Positions 8,099-15,910 of a stretch of DNA of 20,000 nucleotides are shown here, piece after piece (positions within the stretch are counted from its first letter, which is position 1; each line of letters starts with the position of its first letter). Source of the stretch: an uncultured virus (IMG/VR IMGVR_UViG_3300032397_003421) (Duplodnaviria; Heunggongvirae; Uroviricota; Caudoviricetes). The notes beneath the pieces were generated by a model, which was given only the letters and a program-made list of their open reading frames with translations, searched no databases and was not told where the DNA came from. Location of the stretch: IMG/VR virus record IMGVR_UViG_3300032397_003421; one strand, 5' to 3'. The translations under genes and the position numbers were made by a program.

Positions 8099-9097
8099 AT
8101 GAATAAATTTTATGTATATGTATATGTTTATTGTAACCCCTTAAAACCCGGAAGTTATAGTTATATGGAAAACGGAATAGGTATAGATTTTCCCTGTGCT
8201 CCATTTTATATTGGAAAAGGAAAAGATTTGAGATTAGATTCTCATTTAAAAGAAGCTAAAAAATATTATGATATCATCGAAGAAGAAACTATTAAAGAAG
8301 AAAAACTAAAATACAACAGACATAAAATAAATACTATAAATCAAATTCAAAGAGAAGGAGAAGAAATAATTATTTATAAAATTTGTGAGAAGTTAGAAGA
8401 AGAAACTTCTTATTTATTGGAAAGATTTTTTATAAAGTTAATTGGAAGAAAAGATAAAAAATTAGGTATTTTAACAAATATGACTGATGGCGGCGAGGGA
8501 GTTAGTGGCGCAATTATGCCAACTCCTTGGAATAAAGGACTAACTAAAGATGATAATATTTCTATTTTAATGATTGGAATAAATACATCAAATTCTCTTA
8601 TTGAATATTATAAGAATGGTGGCAGTCATTGGAGTAGAGGGAAAATTGGTGTTTTTTCAAATGAAACATTGAAAATAATGAGTGATAAAAAATTAGGAAA
8701 ATCAAGCCCCAGAAAAGGGCAAAAAAATTCAGAAGAATCTAAGAAAAAATGTTCTGATTCTCATAAAGGAATAAAACAATCAAAAATTACTATTCAAAAA
8801 AGAAGTGAGGCAATGAAAATAAGTTTAAAAAATAAAAACTTAATGAGTGTTAATCCAATTTCTCAATATAGTTTACAAGGAGATTTTATAAAAACCTATC
8901 AAAATTGCTATATAGCAGAACAAGAATCTGGAATTAGTGCGAAAATTATTAGAAGCCAAGCTAGAAGCAATAAACAAAATATTAAAAGACAAAAAGAAAG
9001 AAGAAAATTTATTTGGGTGTATGTAACAGATCTTAAAGATAAAATAGAAGAGAAATGGTTACAAATTCCTGATATTAGTTTTATTCATATGTGTTAA
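8099..9097 (+). CDS. GIY-YIG-superfamily homing endonuclease with NUMOD3/NUMOD1-type DNA-binding modules (free-standing mobile gene)
   Basis: FYVYVY...PFYIGKGKDLR...H, ERFFIKLIGR, LTNMTDGGEG; NUMOD3-like PWNKG, SEESKKKCSDSHKG; NUMOD1-like PISQYSLQGDFIKTY...KFIWVY. ATG at 8099 with GAGGT RBS preferred to 8078. Confidence 0.85.
   Translation: MNKFYVYVYVYCNPLKPGSYSYMENGIGIDFPCAPFYIGKGKDLRLDSHLKEAKKYYDIIEEETIKEEKLKYNRHKINTINQIQREGEEIIIYKICEKLEEETSYLLERFFIKLIGRKDKKLGILTNMTDGGEGVSGAIMPTPWNKGLTKDDNISILMIGINTSNSLIEYYKNGGSHWSRGKIGVFSNETLKIMSDKKLGKSSPRKGQKNSEESKKKCSDSHKGIKQSKITIQKRSEAMKISLKNKNLMSVNPISQYSLQGDFIKTYQNCYIAEQESGISAKIIRSQARSNKQNIKRQKERRKFIWVYVTDLKDKIEEKWLQIPDISFIHMC
9032..9097 (+). repeat. 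Diverged duplicate of the neck gene 3' end (7889-7954), fused in frame to the endonuclease
   Basis: LKDKIEEKWLQIPDISFIHMC* vs LKEDIQTKWDAIPDNIFVHMV*: 11/21 aa identical, 42/66 nt identical, ungapped, stop codons aligned. Confidence 0.85.
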
Positions 9098-9124
9098 ATA
9101 ACAAATTCAATTTATATTTTTAAA

Positions 9125-9538
9125 TTATCTTTGAGTTATCTCTAATTTATTTTTTTCTGCTTCTTCTTTTATTCCTTTCATTTTACCAACTATTGACATA
9201 ATAGACATAGCAAAATCTTCTATTTGAGTACTCATTTTAGTTGCTACAAATGAATTTTTTTTTGCGCACTTTCTATTTTCATATTCTTTATTTTCTACTT
9301 CTTTTGCTTTACTTTTATATACTTTTATTGAATCTTCTAACATTGATATTTGTGCTTGTAGTTCTTGAATTTCTAGACTGTGTTCTCTATTTAAATGAAT
9401 AGTATTATCTTGTAATTTTTCTTTCCAAAATTTTTCATCTAGATGCTTTTGTTTTTTCTTTCCTTGTAAGATCATATCATTTATATCAGTTAACATAAAA
9501 AGTTTTATTATAAATTTTTTAACCATTACATTCCTCAT
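9125..9538 (-). CDS. Hypothetical coiled-coil protein
   Basis: 137 aa, K/E-rich heptad pattern (LEIQELQAQISMLEDSIK). Confidence 0.7.
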   Translation of the reverse strand: MRNVMVKKFIIKLFMLTDINDMILQGKKKQKHLDEKFWKEKLQDNTIHLNREHSLEIQELQAQISMLEDSIKVYKSKAKEVENKEYENRKCAKKNSFVATKMSTQIEDFAMSIMSIVGKMKGIKEEAEKNKLEITQR

Positions 9539-9639
9539 TTATACATCCTTTATTCATCTTTTTAATATTATATATGCTAACTTTCTCTGATTTAAGTTTT
9601 TTGATTGAAATAATATAATCTAGTTCTCTCTTGCTTTGC

Positions 9640-9810
9640 TCATTTATTAACCTTTTTGAGTATAACAATTTTGTCGGATAGTTTTACAATTATCCCCTCC
9701 CTGTCTCTAATATCTTGTTTTAAAGTTTTATTTTCTGATTCGAGTTGAGATACTTTTTTACTCAGCCTATAATTCTCCGTCAAAGCTTCTTCATATTTTT
9801 TCTGATTCAT
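9640..9810 (-). CDS. Small coiled-coil hypothetical protein (56 aa)
   Basis: Hand translation MNQKKYEEALTENYRLSKKVSQLESENKTLKQDIRDREG...KVNK; GAGGAGG RBS; ATGA overlap with the upstream gene. Confidence 0.65.
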   Translation of the reverse strand: MNQKKYEEALTENYRLSKKVSQLESENKTLKQDIRDREGIIVKLSDKIVILKKVNK

Positions 9811-10001
9811 ACTTCCTCCTCGTCATATCTCCATTTTATAACATCTATGGCCAAACCTCCACCAGAAACAACACATCTCCATTCTTTTTTACAGCATCCA
9901 CATAAATATGCATACCCTTCGTATCCATTAGAATGAATTACCTTCAATGTTTTTTTTGGTTCTGGAATTTTATCCGGATAATTATACCATTTACTCATCA
10001 T
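9807..10001 (-). CDS. Small hypothetical protein (DUF551-like W..P...W pattern)
   Basis: SKWYNYPDKIPE...DVIKWR; translationally coupled to its neighbours. Confidence 0.65.
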   Translation of the reverse strand: MMSKWYNYPDKIPEPKKTLKVIHSNGYEGYAYLCGCCKKEWRCVVSGGGLAIDVIKWRYDEEEV

Positions 10002-10369
10002 TCCTCCTCAAATATCTCTAATAAACAATTCAACAAGGCACATTCGAGTTGAGTTAGATTTTCTGGTTGATATTCCAAATAATCAAATGTTGTTAAACAA
10101 CAATCTTCTTTCCTTGTTAAGAGGCTGACCCCCTTTGAATAGAGATGTACAAATTTATTAGTTTTTAAATTATTCCAGCCCTCAACTGCCCGATGAATGA
10201 GGAGAGGGAAATTCATACTATCTTTAAATTTATCAATATATTTTAAAATAATACTATATTGTACCATTGGTATAGGATGATCGGTTACTTCAAACCCTTC
10301 CGCAAGTTCACACATCCATTTTATAAACTCTGGCGTACATCTGTCTTTTAATTCTTTTTCCGTTATCAT
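9998..10369 (-). CDS. Hypothetical protein, paralog of 11166-11552
   Basis: Shared blocks ELK..CT.EFI.WM.ELAEGFE, LI.RA..GWN, LT..ECA.L.CLL.IFEE. Confidence 0.8.
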   Translation of the reverse strand: MITEKELKDRCTPEFIKWMCELAEGFEVTDHPIPMVQYSIILKYIDKFKDSMNFPLLIHRAVEGWNNLKTNKFVHLYSKGVSLLTRKEDCCLTTFDYLEYQPENLTQLECALLNCLLEIFEEE

Positions 10370-10542
10370 AATTTGTGCCTCAAAGTTCTTTCATTACATT
10401 CTTTATATGCATCTATACAATCTGTAATATATTTCATCAATATATAATCAGGTGTATTACAGTCATTATCAATGCTAAATCTATTTAATAAAGACATAAG
10501 TTCTCTCTCAAATTCTGTTTTTCTATCCATCCGGTCTGTCAT
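10366..10542 (-). CDS. Small phage hypothetical protein (58 aa)
   Basis: Hand translation MTDRMDRKTEFERELMSLLNRFSIDNDCNTPDYILMKYITDCIDAYKE...; GGAGGG RBS; ATGA overlap with 10369. Confidence 0.7.
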   Translation of the reverse strand: MTDRMDRKTEFERELMSLLNRFSIDNDCNTPDYILMKYITDCIDAYKECNERTLRHKL

Positions 10543-10557
10543 ATCTTCCCTCCTAAT

Positions 10558-10689
10558 CTATTGACCCCATATTTTTGAGCACTCCTCACAGATACCATTT
10601 ATAATATAGGGGTAGTATTTAGATACTCTGCATATGGAACAAGTTTCCCAATAAGATTTTTTCATAGACCCATATTTAGTTGATCTCAT
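10558..10689 (-). CDS. Small zinc-finger-like protein (43 aa)
   Basis: Hand translation with CSIC...CEEC pairs; fills the gap between genes. Confidence 0.5.
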   Translation of the reverse strand: MRSTKYGSMKKSYWETCSICRVSKYYPYIINGICEECSKIWGQ

Positions 10690-10693
10690 TTTT

Positions 10694-10831
10694 TTAATCA
10701 TGCTTATACCTTATCCATAAGCCAAAAAACAAAGGCTTCATATAAATACCATCATTACTACAACAATATGCAGGTTTTAAATTACCCCATTTTTCATAAC
10801 CAAAAATAAACCATGTTTTCATATTTCCCAT
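10694..10831 (-). CDS. Small hypothetical protein (45 aa)
   Basis: MGNMKTWFIFGYEKWGNLKPAYCCSNDGIYMKPLFFGLWIRYKHD; GGAG RBS. Confidence 0.5.
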   Translation of the reverse strand: MGNMKTWFIFGYEKWGNLKPAYCCSNDGIYMKPLFFGLWIRYKHD

Positions 10832-10864
10832 TTAGTCGCTCCATATAAATTCATCTCATATTCT

Positions 10865-10892
10865 ATTATATATTTTTTTAACATTTCATCAA
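10865..10892 (-). promoter_or_regulatory. Possible sigma70-type promoter
   Basis: Minus strand TTGATG, 16 bp spacer, TATAAT in the intergenic gap upstream of 10831. Confidence 0.4.
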
Positions 10893-10900
10893 TTTCTCTT

Positions 10901-11182
10901 TTAAATATTGTATTTTCTTTTTAGATGCCTTTCGATTTTATTAAAATCTTCATCATTAATTGGTGAAGATAAAACTGAGATTTCTATTCCTTTATGATCA
11001 TCCCACCATGACCAACGGTAAAATATCTGAGAAGGATAAACACTCTCATGATTTTCGCCTGATGACATACCTATAAGTTTTGAGTGGACAGCTCCATATA
11101 AATCTATTATTCCTATAATAAAATTATCTGTTAAATCCTTTATCTCTTTTTTATTAATTCTTTTTTCATTCTTTGATTTCAT
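10901..11182 (-). CDS. Hypothetical protein
   Basis: ORF track 10901-11197; in-frame ATG at 11182 with GAGGAG RBS preferred. Confidence 0.65.
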   Translation of the reverse strand: MKSKNEKRINKKEIKDLTDNFIIGIIDLYGAVHSKLIGMSSGENHESVYPSQIFYRWSWWDDHKGIEISVLSSPINDEDFNKIERHLKRKYNI

Positions 11183-11552
11183 CTTCTTTCTCCTCAAAGA
11201 TATCTAATAAACATTCAAGACAGGCGCATTCTATTACTGTTAATTTTTTACATCGATAATCACAATATTTATAATATTTTTTTAAATTTTGATTATATCT
11301 TACAGTAAGATTATAAAGAATTGTTATTCGTTGTTTTGGAAAATATTGTTTATTCCATCCATCTATAGCTCTACGAATAAGTATAGAAAAAACAAATTCT
11401 TCTCCCCATTGTAAAGTATCATTAGAATTAATTATAATTTTATCATATTGTTTAGAATTAAATTCTGCGCATTCAAACCCTTCTGCTAATTCATACATCC
11501 AATTTATGAATTCAAGAGTACATTGATTTTTTAATTCTTGTTCTGTTTTCAT
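11166..11552 (-). CDS. Hypothetical protein, paralog of 9998-10369
   Basis: Same three conserved blocks as 9998-10369. Confidence 0.8.
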   Translation of the reverse strand: MKTEQELKNQCTLEFINWMYELAEGFECAEFNSKQYDKIIINSNDTLQWGEEFVFSILIRRAIDGWNKQYFPKQRITILYNLTVRYNQNLKKYYKYCDYRCKKLTVIECACLECLLDIFEEKEDEIKE

Positions 11553-11614
11553 TTATTAATCACTTTTTTTATATTAGTCTTCAGTGAACTAACATAATTC
11601 TAAAGAGTTAATTA

Positions 11615-11842
11615 CTAAAGATAACCATTAGTTTTAACTTGTCTTAATATTTCATTATATGAAACAATATTTAGTATACAAGTTTGGTAAAATTCATTAA
11701 ATTTTTCTTCACTTTCAAAGATTATTTTATCTTTTACTTGTTTTTCCTTTGATTGAAAATTATCAGATTCAAGAAATTTTGGACATATGTATTTACATAT
11801 ATAAATACAAGACCCTTTTTCAGTACAATTATTACAGATCAT
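11615..11842 (-). CDS. Cys-rich hypothetical protein
   Basis: AGGAG RBS; CNNC...C...C...C N-terminus; F(E/D)SEE...NGY block shared with 13793-14287. Confidence 0.65.
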   Translation of the reverse strand: MICNNCTEKGSCIYICKYICPKFLESDNFQSKEKQVKDKIIFESEEKFNEFYQTCILNIVSYNEILRQVKTNGYL

Positions 11843-11891
11843 TTTTAATATTCTCCTAATTTATTTTTTAATTTTATTTGTGACTTTGTTA

Positions 11892-12239
11892 TTAATAGAT
11901 ACACCACATCATTTTTATTCTATTTTCTAATTCAGAATAGACCTTAATAGTATATTCTCCTTTATCTATTATATTTTCCCATAATAATAATTGATTATCT
12001 ATTGAGAAATATAATGGACAATTATATCCATTAGGATCAATAATTCTAAAAGTAAAAATATTCATACCAGTTAATTTAAATATATATTGAGTATTTTCTT
12101 GTAAATTAATTTTAAATTCATAATAATTATTCGCTTTTATTTTAAACTCTATTTGATTTTTTTTTAAATCAGGAAAAGTATGAGCATATCCAAAAATTGG
12201 TATAACTAATAATGTAATTATTAAACTTAATTTTTTCAT
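11892..12239 (-). CDS. Exported beta-sandwich protein (PPC-domain-like)
   Basis: Signal peptide MKKLSLIITLLVIPIFGYA; YYEFKINL...YIFKLTG...FRIIDPNG...GEYTIKVYS pattern. Confidence 0.6.
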   Translation of the reverse strand: MKKLSLIITLLVIPIFGYAHTFPDLKKNQIEFKIKANNYYEFKINLQENTQYIFKLTGMNIFTFRIIDPNGYNCPLYFSIDNQLLLWENIIDKGEYTIKVYSELENRIKMMWCIY

Positions 12240-12278
12240 TTTTTATTTTTCCATACATAGAAAAAATTTATTAAAATT

Positions 12279-12452
12279 TTAAATTCTATGCCCAGTACAT
12301 TTTATTTTTAATTCATTTCTAATAATACCAAAATTATGAATACAATTAGAACAACTAGAACTATTAACCATTTTATCTCTACCATATGGACAAGGTGTAA
12401 AACAATAACCACTTTCTTCATTTTGTAGAAATTCAATTTTATTTTTTAACAT
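12279..12452 (-). CDS. Small Cys-rich protein (57 aa)
   Basis: Hand translation MLKNKIEFLQNEESGYCFTPCPYG...SSSCSNCIHNFG...KIKCTGHRI. Confidence 0.6.
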   Translation of the reverse strand: MLKNKIEFLQNEESGYCFTPCPYGRDKMVNSSSCSNCIHNFGIIRNELKIKCTGHRI

Positions 12453-12459
12453 TATTTGT

Positions 12460-12618
12460 TTATTCCCATATTGTAGTAGTTATCTTATATGAAGCATACA
12501 TTACCATTATTATTAATAATATATTAAATAATATTAAAAATATAATTGGAGAAACTAAAATTAATACAAATATCATTGGAAAAATTAAAATCCTAATTAT
12601 TTTTTTAAAATATTGCAT
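12460..12618 (-). CDS. Small hydrophobic membrane protein (52 aa)
   Basis: MQYFKKIIRILIFPMIFVLILVSPIIFLIIFNILLIIMVMYASYK...; AAGGAG RBS; first gene after the 12661-12697 element. Confidence 0.55.
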   Translation of the reverse strand: MQYFKKIIRILIFPMIFVLILVSPIIFLILFNILLIIMVMYASYKITTTIWE

Positions 12619-12660
12619 TTTTCTACTAATCTCCTTTTATTTATTTTATAAAATCTAATA

Positions 12661-12697
12661 TAGTATATAAAATATTCTTAAAAAATTAAATTATTTT
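12661..12697 (-). promoter_or_regulatory. 37-bp repeated promoter-like element, copy 1
   Basis: 34/37 identical to 16474-16510; minus strand reads TTTAAT-17bp-TATACT. Confidence 0.55.
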
Positions 12698-12730
12698 ATT
12701 TTATTAATAGTGAATTTTTCTTCTTTAATT

Positions 12731-13297
12731 TTAACATTTTTCATAATAATCAAACTCATGTGTATTTCTAATACAATAATTACACTGCTTAGGATTCCAA
12801 TATCCAGAAACTTCAGTTGACCACTTACACCCAACGCAATTTGTCGCATCGTTAAATTTGTCCTCTATTTCTTTTAATCTTTTAAGTTCAGAAACTACTT
12901 GATGCACCGTCCCACCCTGCCAGCCTAAAGCCTCATAAACTGACTCCATAAAAACATCAGTTTTATGATTTATACAAGGGTCATCAAAAAAACAGCATTC
13001 TGTTTGACCGCCTTCGATGTACTTTAAAAAACATCTTTCACCAAATGAATTGACTACCGATCCATAAATTATTTCAAAATTATTTTCCACACATATACAT
13101 TGTTGATTGCCACAATTTTTGCAATAACCACTCATTTTATTTCTCCTTAAATATTTATCATGTATAAACACCGCTTCTTTGTAAGTATATCCGAATTCCA
13201 TCATGCTATTAACAGGATTGCCCCCTTCTGCCTGTACCCACGCTAACGCTAATTTGTAATCGTGCATAGCTTCATCTATATTCTTTTCAGTTATCAT
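12731..13297 (-). CDS. Mosaic Cys-rich hypothetical protein; probably two in-frame cistrons (internal start at 13135)
   Basis: Internal AAGGAG-N7-ATG before MSGYCKNCG; several short Cys modules and ALGWQGGTVHQV. Confidence 0.65.
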   Translation of the reverse strand: MITEKNIDEAMHDYKLALAWVQAEGGNPVNSMMEFGYTYKEAVFIHDKYLRRNKMSGYCKNCGNQQCICVENNFEIIYGSVVNSFGERCFLKYIEGGQTECCFFDDPCINHKTDVFMESVYEALGWQGGTVHQVVSELKRLKEIEDKFNDATNCVGCKWSTEVSGYWNPKQCNYCIRNTHEFDYYEKC

Positions 13298-13322
13298 TTT
13301 TCAGCCTCATATTTTTTACAAG

Positions 13323-13505
13323 TTAACATATCACATTAATTTTCTTTAAACATTGTGTACACGTTACATGCGTTAATAGAGCTGTGACTGTTTTATTTTT
13401 TCTCATATACCCACATTTTGTTCCAGAATAATCCTTATATTCTTTATTTTTTAACCAAGCTGGCATTTCTTTCTCAGTGTCGTAACAAAAATAATGTATA
13501 TTCAT
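13323..13505 (-). CDS. Small zinc-binding hypothetical protein
   Basis: H...TKCG...VTCTQCLK pattern. Confidence 0.65.
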   Translation of the reverse strand: MNIHYFCYDTEKEMPAWLKNKEYKDYSGTKCGYMRKNKTVTALLTHVTCTQCLKKINVIC

Positions 13506-13508
13506 TTC

Positions 13509-13796
13509 TTAAACCCTTTTATTCCATTTTTCTGATAATTCTATTTTTTCTTTATTTATATATAATTCATAAGAATCTTCTTCTCTTGATCTTAAAGCAT
13601 TATTTTCTCTAAAATCCTGAACTGTATATTTTGAAAATTCGTTAAAAAACTTTATATAATATTCTCCTGAAGTGGCTTTGCAGTTATCACATACTATAAT
13701 TAAATATTTATATTTACAATACTCACTTATAGTTTCATCTTTATCTAACAACTTAATTTTATCAGATCCACAAAATGGACATGGTTTTAAATTCAT
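13509..13796 (-). CDS. Lar-family restriction alleviation-like zinc-ribbon protein
   Basis: LKPCPFCG...IVCDNCKA...EKWNKR signature. Confidence 0.75.
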   Translation of the reverse strand: MNLKPCPFCGSDKIKLLDKDETISEYCKYKYLIIVCDNCKATSGEYYIKFFNEFSKYTVQDFRENNALRSREEDSYELYINKEKIELSEKWNKRV

Positions 13797-14287
13797 ATCT
13801 TAAACTCTGGATGATCTTTCTTCAGGGCTTGAAATGCCGGTATCAATTTAACTATGAACCTTGTATCCCAATCATTTAAATCATGTGCTGATTCTTCCCA
13901 TGTAGTAATCATCTCTTCCGCTTCATCAACCCTCTGTTGTAGTTCTGATTTGCGGATGTAACCGTTACTATTAAGATGATGGAACTCTCTTGCAGTTAAC
14001 GGCCTACCAAGTTCAATGAATAAATCTCTTGCCTGTTCTTCACTATCAAACATAAATTTTTTTTCCATTGGTTTATCCTTTGGTATATATCCTATACAGC
14101 ACCTGTTATCCGCTTTTTCTATTTTTTTACAATCTACAAATTTTTCGCACGTTCTACACATTGATTTTTCCTTTAACTTTTCTAAATCAGATATTCTTTT
14201 ACCCTTCTCACTACTAATTCTAAAAAGCATATCAATATTTGCTTCCATAATTTCTTCTCTACTACCTTTTGACATTTCTTTCTCCAT
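13793..14287 (-). CDS. Hypothetical modular protein
   Basis: AAGGA RBS; CRTC...C...C module, then FMFDSEE...NGYIRKS module. Confidence 0.7.
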   Translation of the reverse strand: MEKEMSKGSREEIMEANIDMLFRISSEKGKRISDLEKLKEKSMCRTCEKFVDCKKIEKADNRCCIGYIPKDKPMEKKFMFDSEEQARDLFIELGRPLTAREFHHLNSNGYIRKSELQQRVDEAEEMITTWEESAHDLNDWDTRFIVKLIPAFQALKKDHPEFKI

Positions 14288-14329
14288 CCTTAATTCAATC
14301 TCATGCTTTTTTATTTGTAATTAAATATA

Positions 14330-15700
14330 TCATATCTCTTCTCCTTGATTATCCTCTATATTTTCTAATCCTTCATCTGCTTGTTTACTTTCCAACTGTT
14401 TAAATAAAAATGATTTTAATTTCCATACTTCAATATTTAAAGATTCCTTTCTTAAACAGATTCCCTCATTCGGAACTTTATTCAGACACATTGAGCATTG
14501 TTTTTCAAGATAAGTTTCTTGTAATTTTTCAAGAAATAAATGTTGCCATGTTTCTATATCATTAGAAGTAAACTCTATTATTTCTTTAAATAAATCCTTA
14601 GCATATCCATAATAATGTTCAAGTACTGCCTTAAGACCATTTTGTTTACACCATTGTTGAATTTGAAACATAGACCATTCAGTTACTTTTCCATCTGAAT
14701 TTGTAGTTGTTATACGATAGATATATTTCTCATGTTGTCCTTGTCTACAACCATAGTCAAAACTCTTCTGTACCATTTTACCATCAGATAAATATCCCAC
14801 GATTTCATAATATATAGTCATATTTTTTTGAAGAAATGGTTTAAGTTCTTCTGCTCCTACTTTCCATATATCAGTAGTATAATAATGATTAAGTTTATCT
14901 TCATATAAATATTGATTTTTTATAACTTTTCTAGATGCATATATATAGCTATACTCTGTTTCTTCTACCTTAACACCAAAAAACTTAACAATTTTATCTT
15001 TTAATGTAAGTTTCCTATTACAAAGTATATAAGAAGTTATTGCAGAAGTGCCATGAATTTTCTCTGTAATACTTATTAAATTATTTGGTTGTATCATATG
15101 AATATTTTTTGCCAATTGTGCTGTATCAATATGAAATTTAAATTGATTGTCCAGCAATTTATTAAATCTTTTTATTCTATTATTCTTCTTATCTTTCTTA
15201 GAAACATTTTGAACTTGTTTAGTTGGTACAAAATACTTTTTACAAATCATTTGCCCATTTATATGATCAAAATCTGTCCCGATTGTAATAAGAGGTATGT
15301 TTTTAGTCAAATCAAATATAGTATCTTTAGATGTTAAAAAATTTATGCTTTGTAAAGGAATAAAAAATCCTTCTGATTTAAATCCTCTTAATTTCACACA
15401 TCTTACTCTACCATTTAATTCAAAAAATCCAGATTTAGTTTTATCCTCATTAAGTTCTTTATCCCTATATAGATTATTTGCTCTAAGAAATATTTCTTTG
15501 ATAGAGCATTCAATAGGAAAAAATATACCTATATCATTTATTCTTGCATCCTCACTTATTTTTACATCTTTAGATATTATTACATGATTACCTTGAATAA
15601 TAGTTCCTTGTATTTGTGTACAATCTTCAAGTTCAATTATACTATCTATTTGTACTATAGTTGCACAATAATTTGGATTTCCTTTAAGTTCTATTTTCAT
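14330..15700 (-). CDS. RNA ligase (Rnl2/DRB0094-like nucleotidyltransferase with N-terminal OB-like domain)
   Basis: N-domain GRVRCVKLRGFKSEG; motif I TEKIHGT; ASRKVIK; IYYEIVG; NEGICLR; WKLKS. Confidence 0.85.
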   Translation of the reverse strand: MKIELKGNPNYCATIVQIDSIIELEDCTQIQGTIIQGNHVIISKDVKISEDARINDIGIFFPIECSIKEIFLRANNLYRDKELNEDKTKSGFFELNGRVRCVKLRGFKSEGFFIPLQSINFLTSKDTIFDLTKNIPLITIGTDFDHINGQMICKKYFVPTKQVQNVSKKDKKNNRIKRFNKLLDNQFKFHIDTAQLAKNIHMIQPNNLISITEKIHGTSAITSYILCNRKLTLKDKIVKFFGVKVEETEYSYIYASRKVIKNQYLYEDKLNHYYTTDIWKVGAEELKPFLQKNMTIYYEIVGYLSDGKMVQKSFDYGCRQGQHEKYIYRITTTNSDGKVTEWSMFQIQQWCKQNGLKAVLEHYYGYAKDLFKEIIEFTSNDIETWQHLFLEKLQETYLEKQCSMCLNKVPNEGICLRKESLNIEVWKLKSFLFKQLESKQADEGLENIEDNQGEEI

Positions 15701-15910
15701 TTATTTTCCTTTTTCTAATTTCAAATGAAATATTTTTGGTTTATCTATAAACATTCCTTCATTATTTATTTTTCTATTTTTAAAATAATTTGATTTTTTA
15801 AAAACAGTATAAAAATTAGCATTTTGTTCTCCACCACCATCTATATACTATTCAAGCCATTCATTCATATCTTTAAGAGATTTGAATTCTAAATTTAATA
15901 CTTTAGACAT
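15701..15910 (-). pseudogene. 70-codon gene interrupted by an in-frame TAG at codon 21 (pseudogene, read-through or sequencing error)
   Basis: MSKVLNLEFKSLKDMNEWLE*YIDGGGEQNANFYTVF...LEKGK*; AAGGAG RBS; exactly abuts both neighbours (15911 and 15700); TAG at 15848-15850. Confidence 0.65.

Noticed and set aside
7889..9097. Diversity-generating retroelement (TR/VR pair) explanation for the duplicated C-terminus
   Set aside because: Differences are not confined to adenines, identity is only about 64%, and no reverse transcriptase is present in the window.
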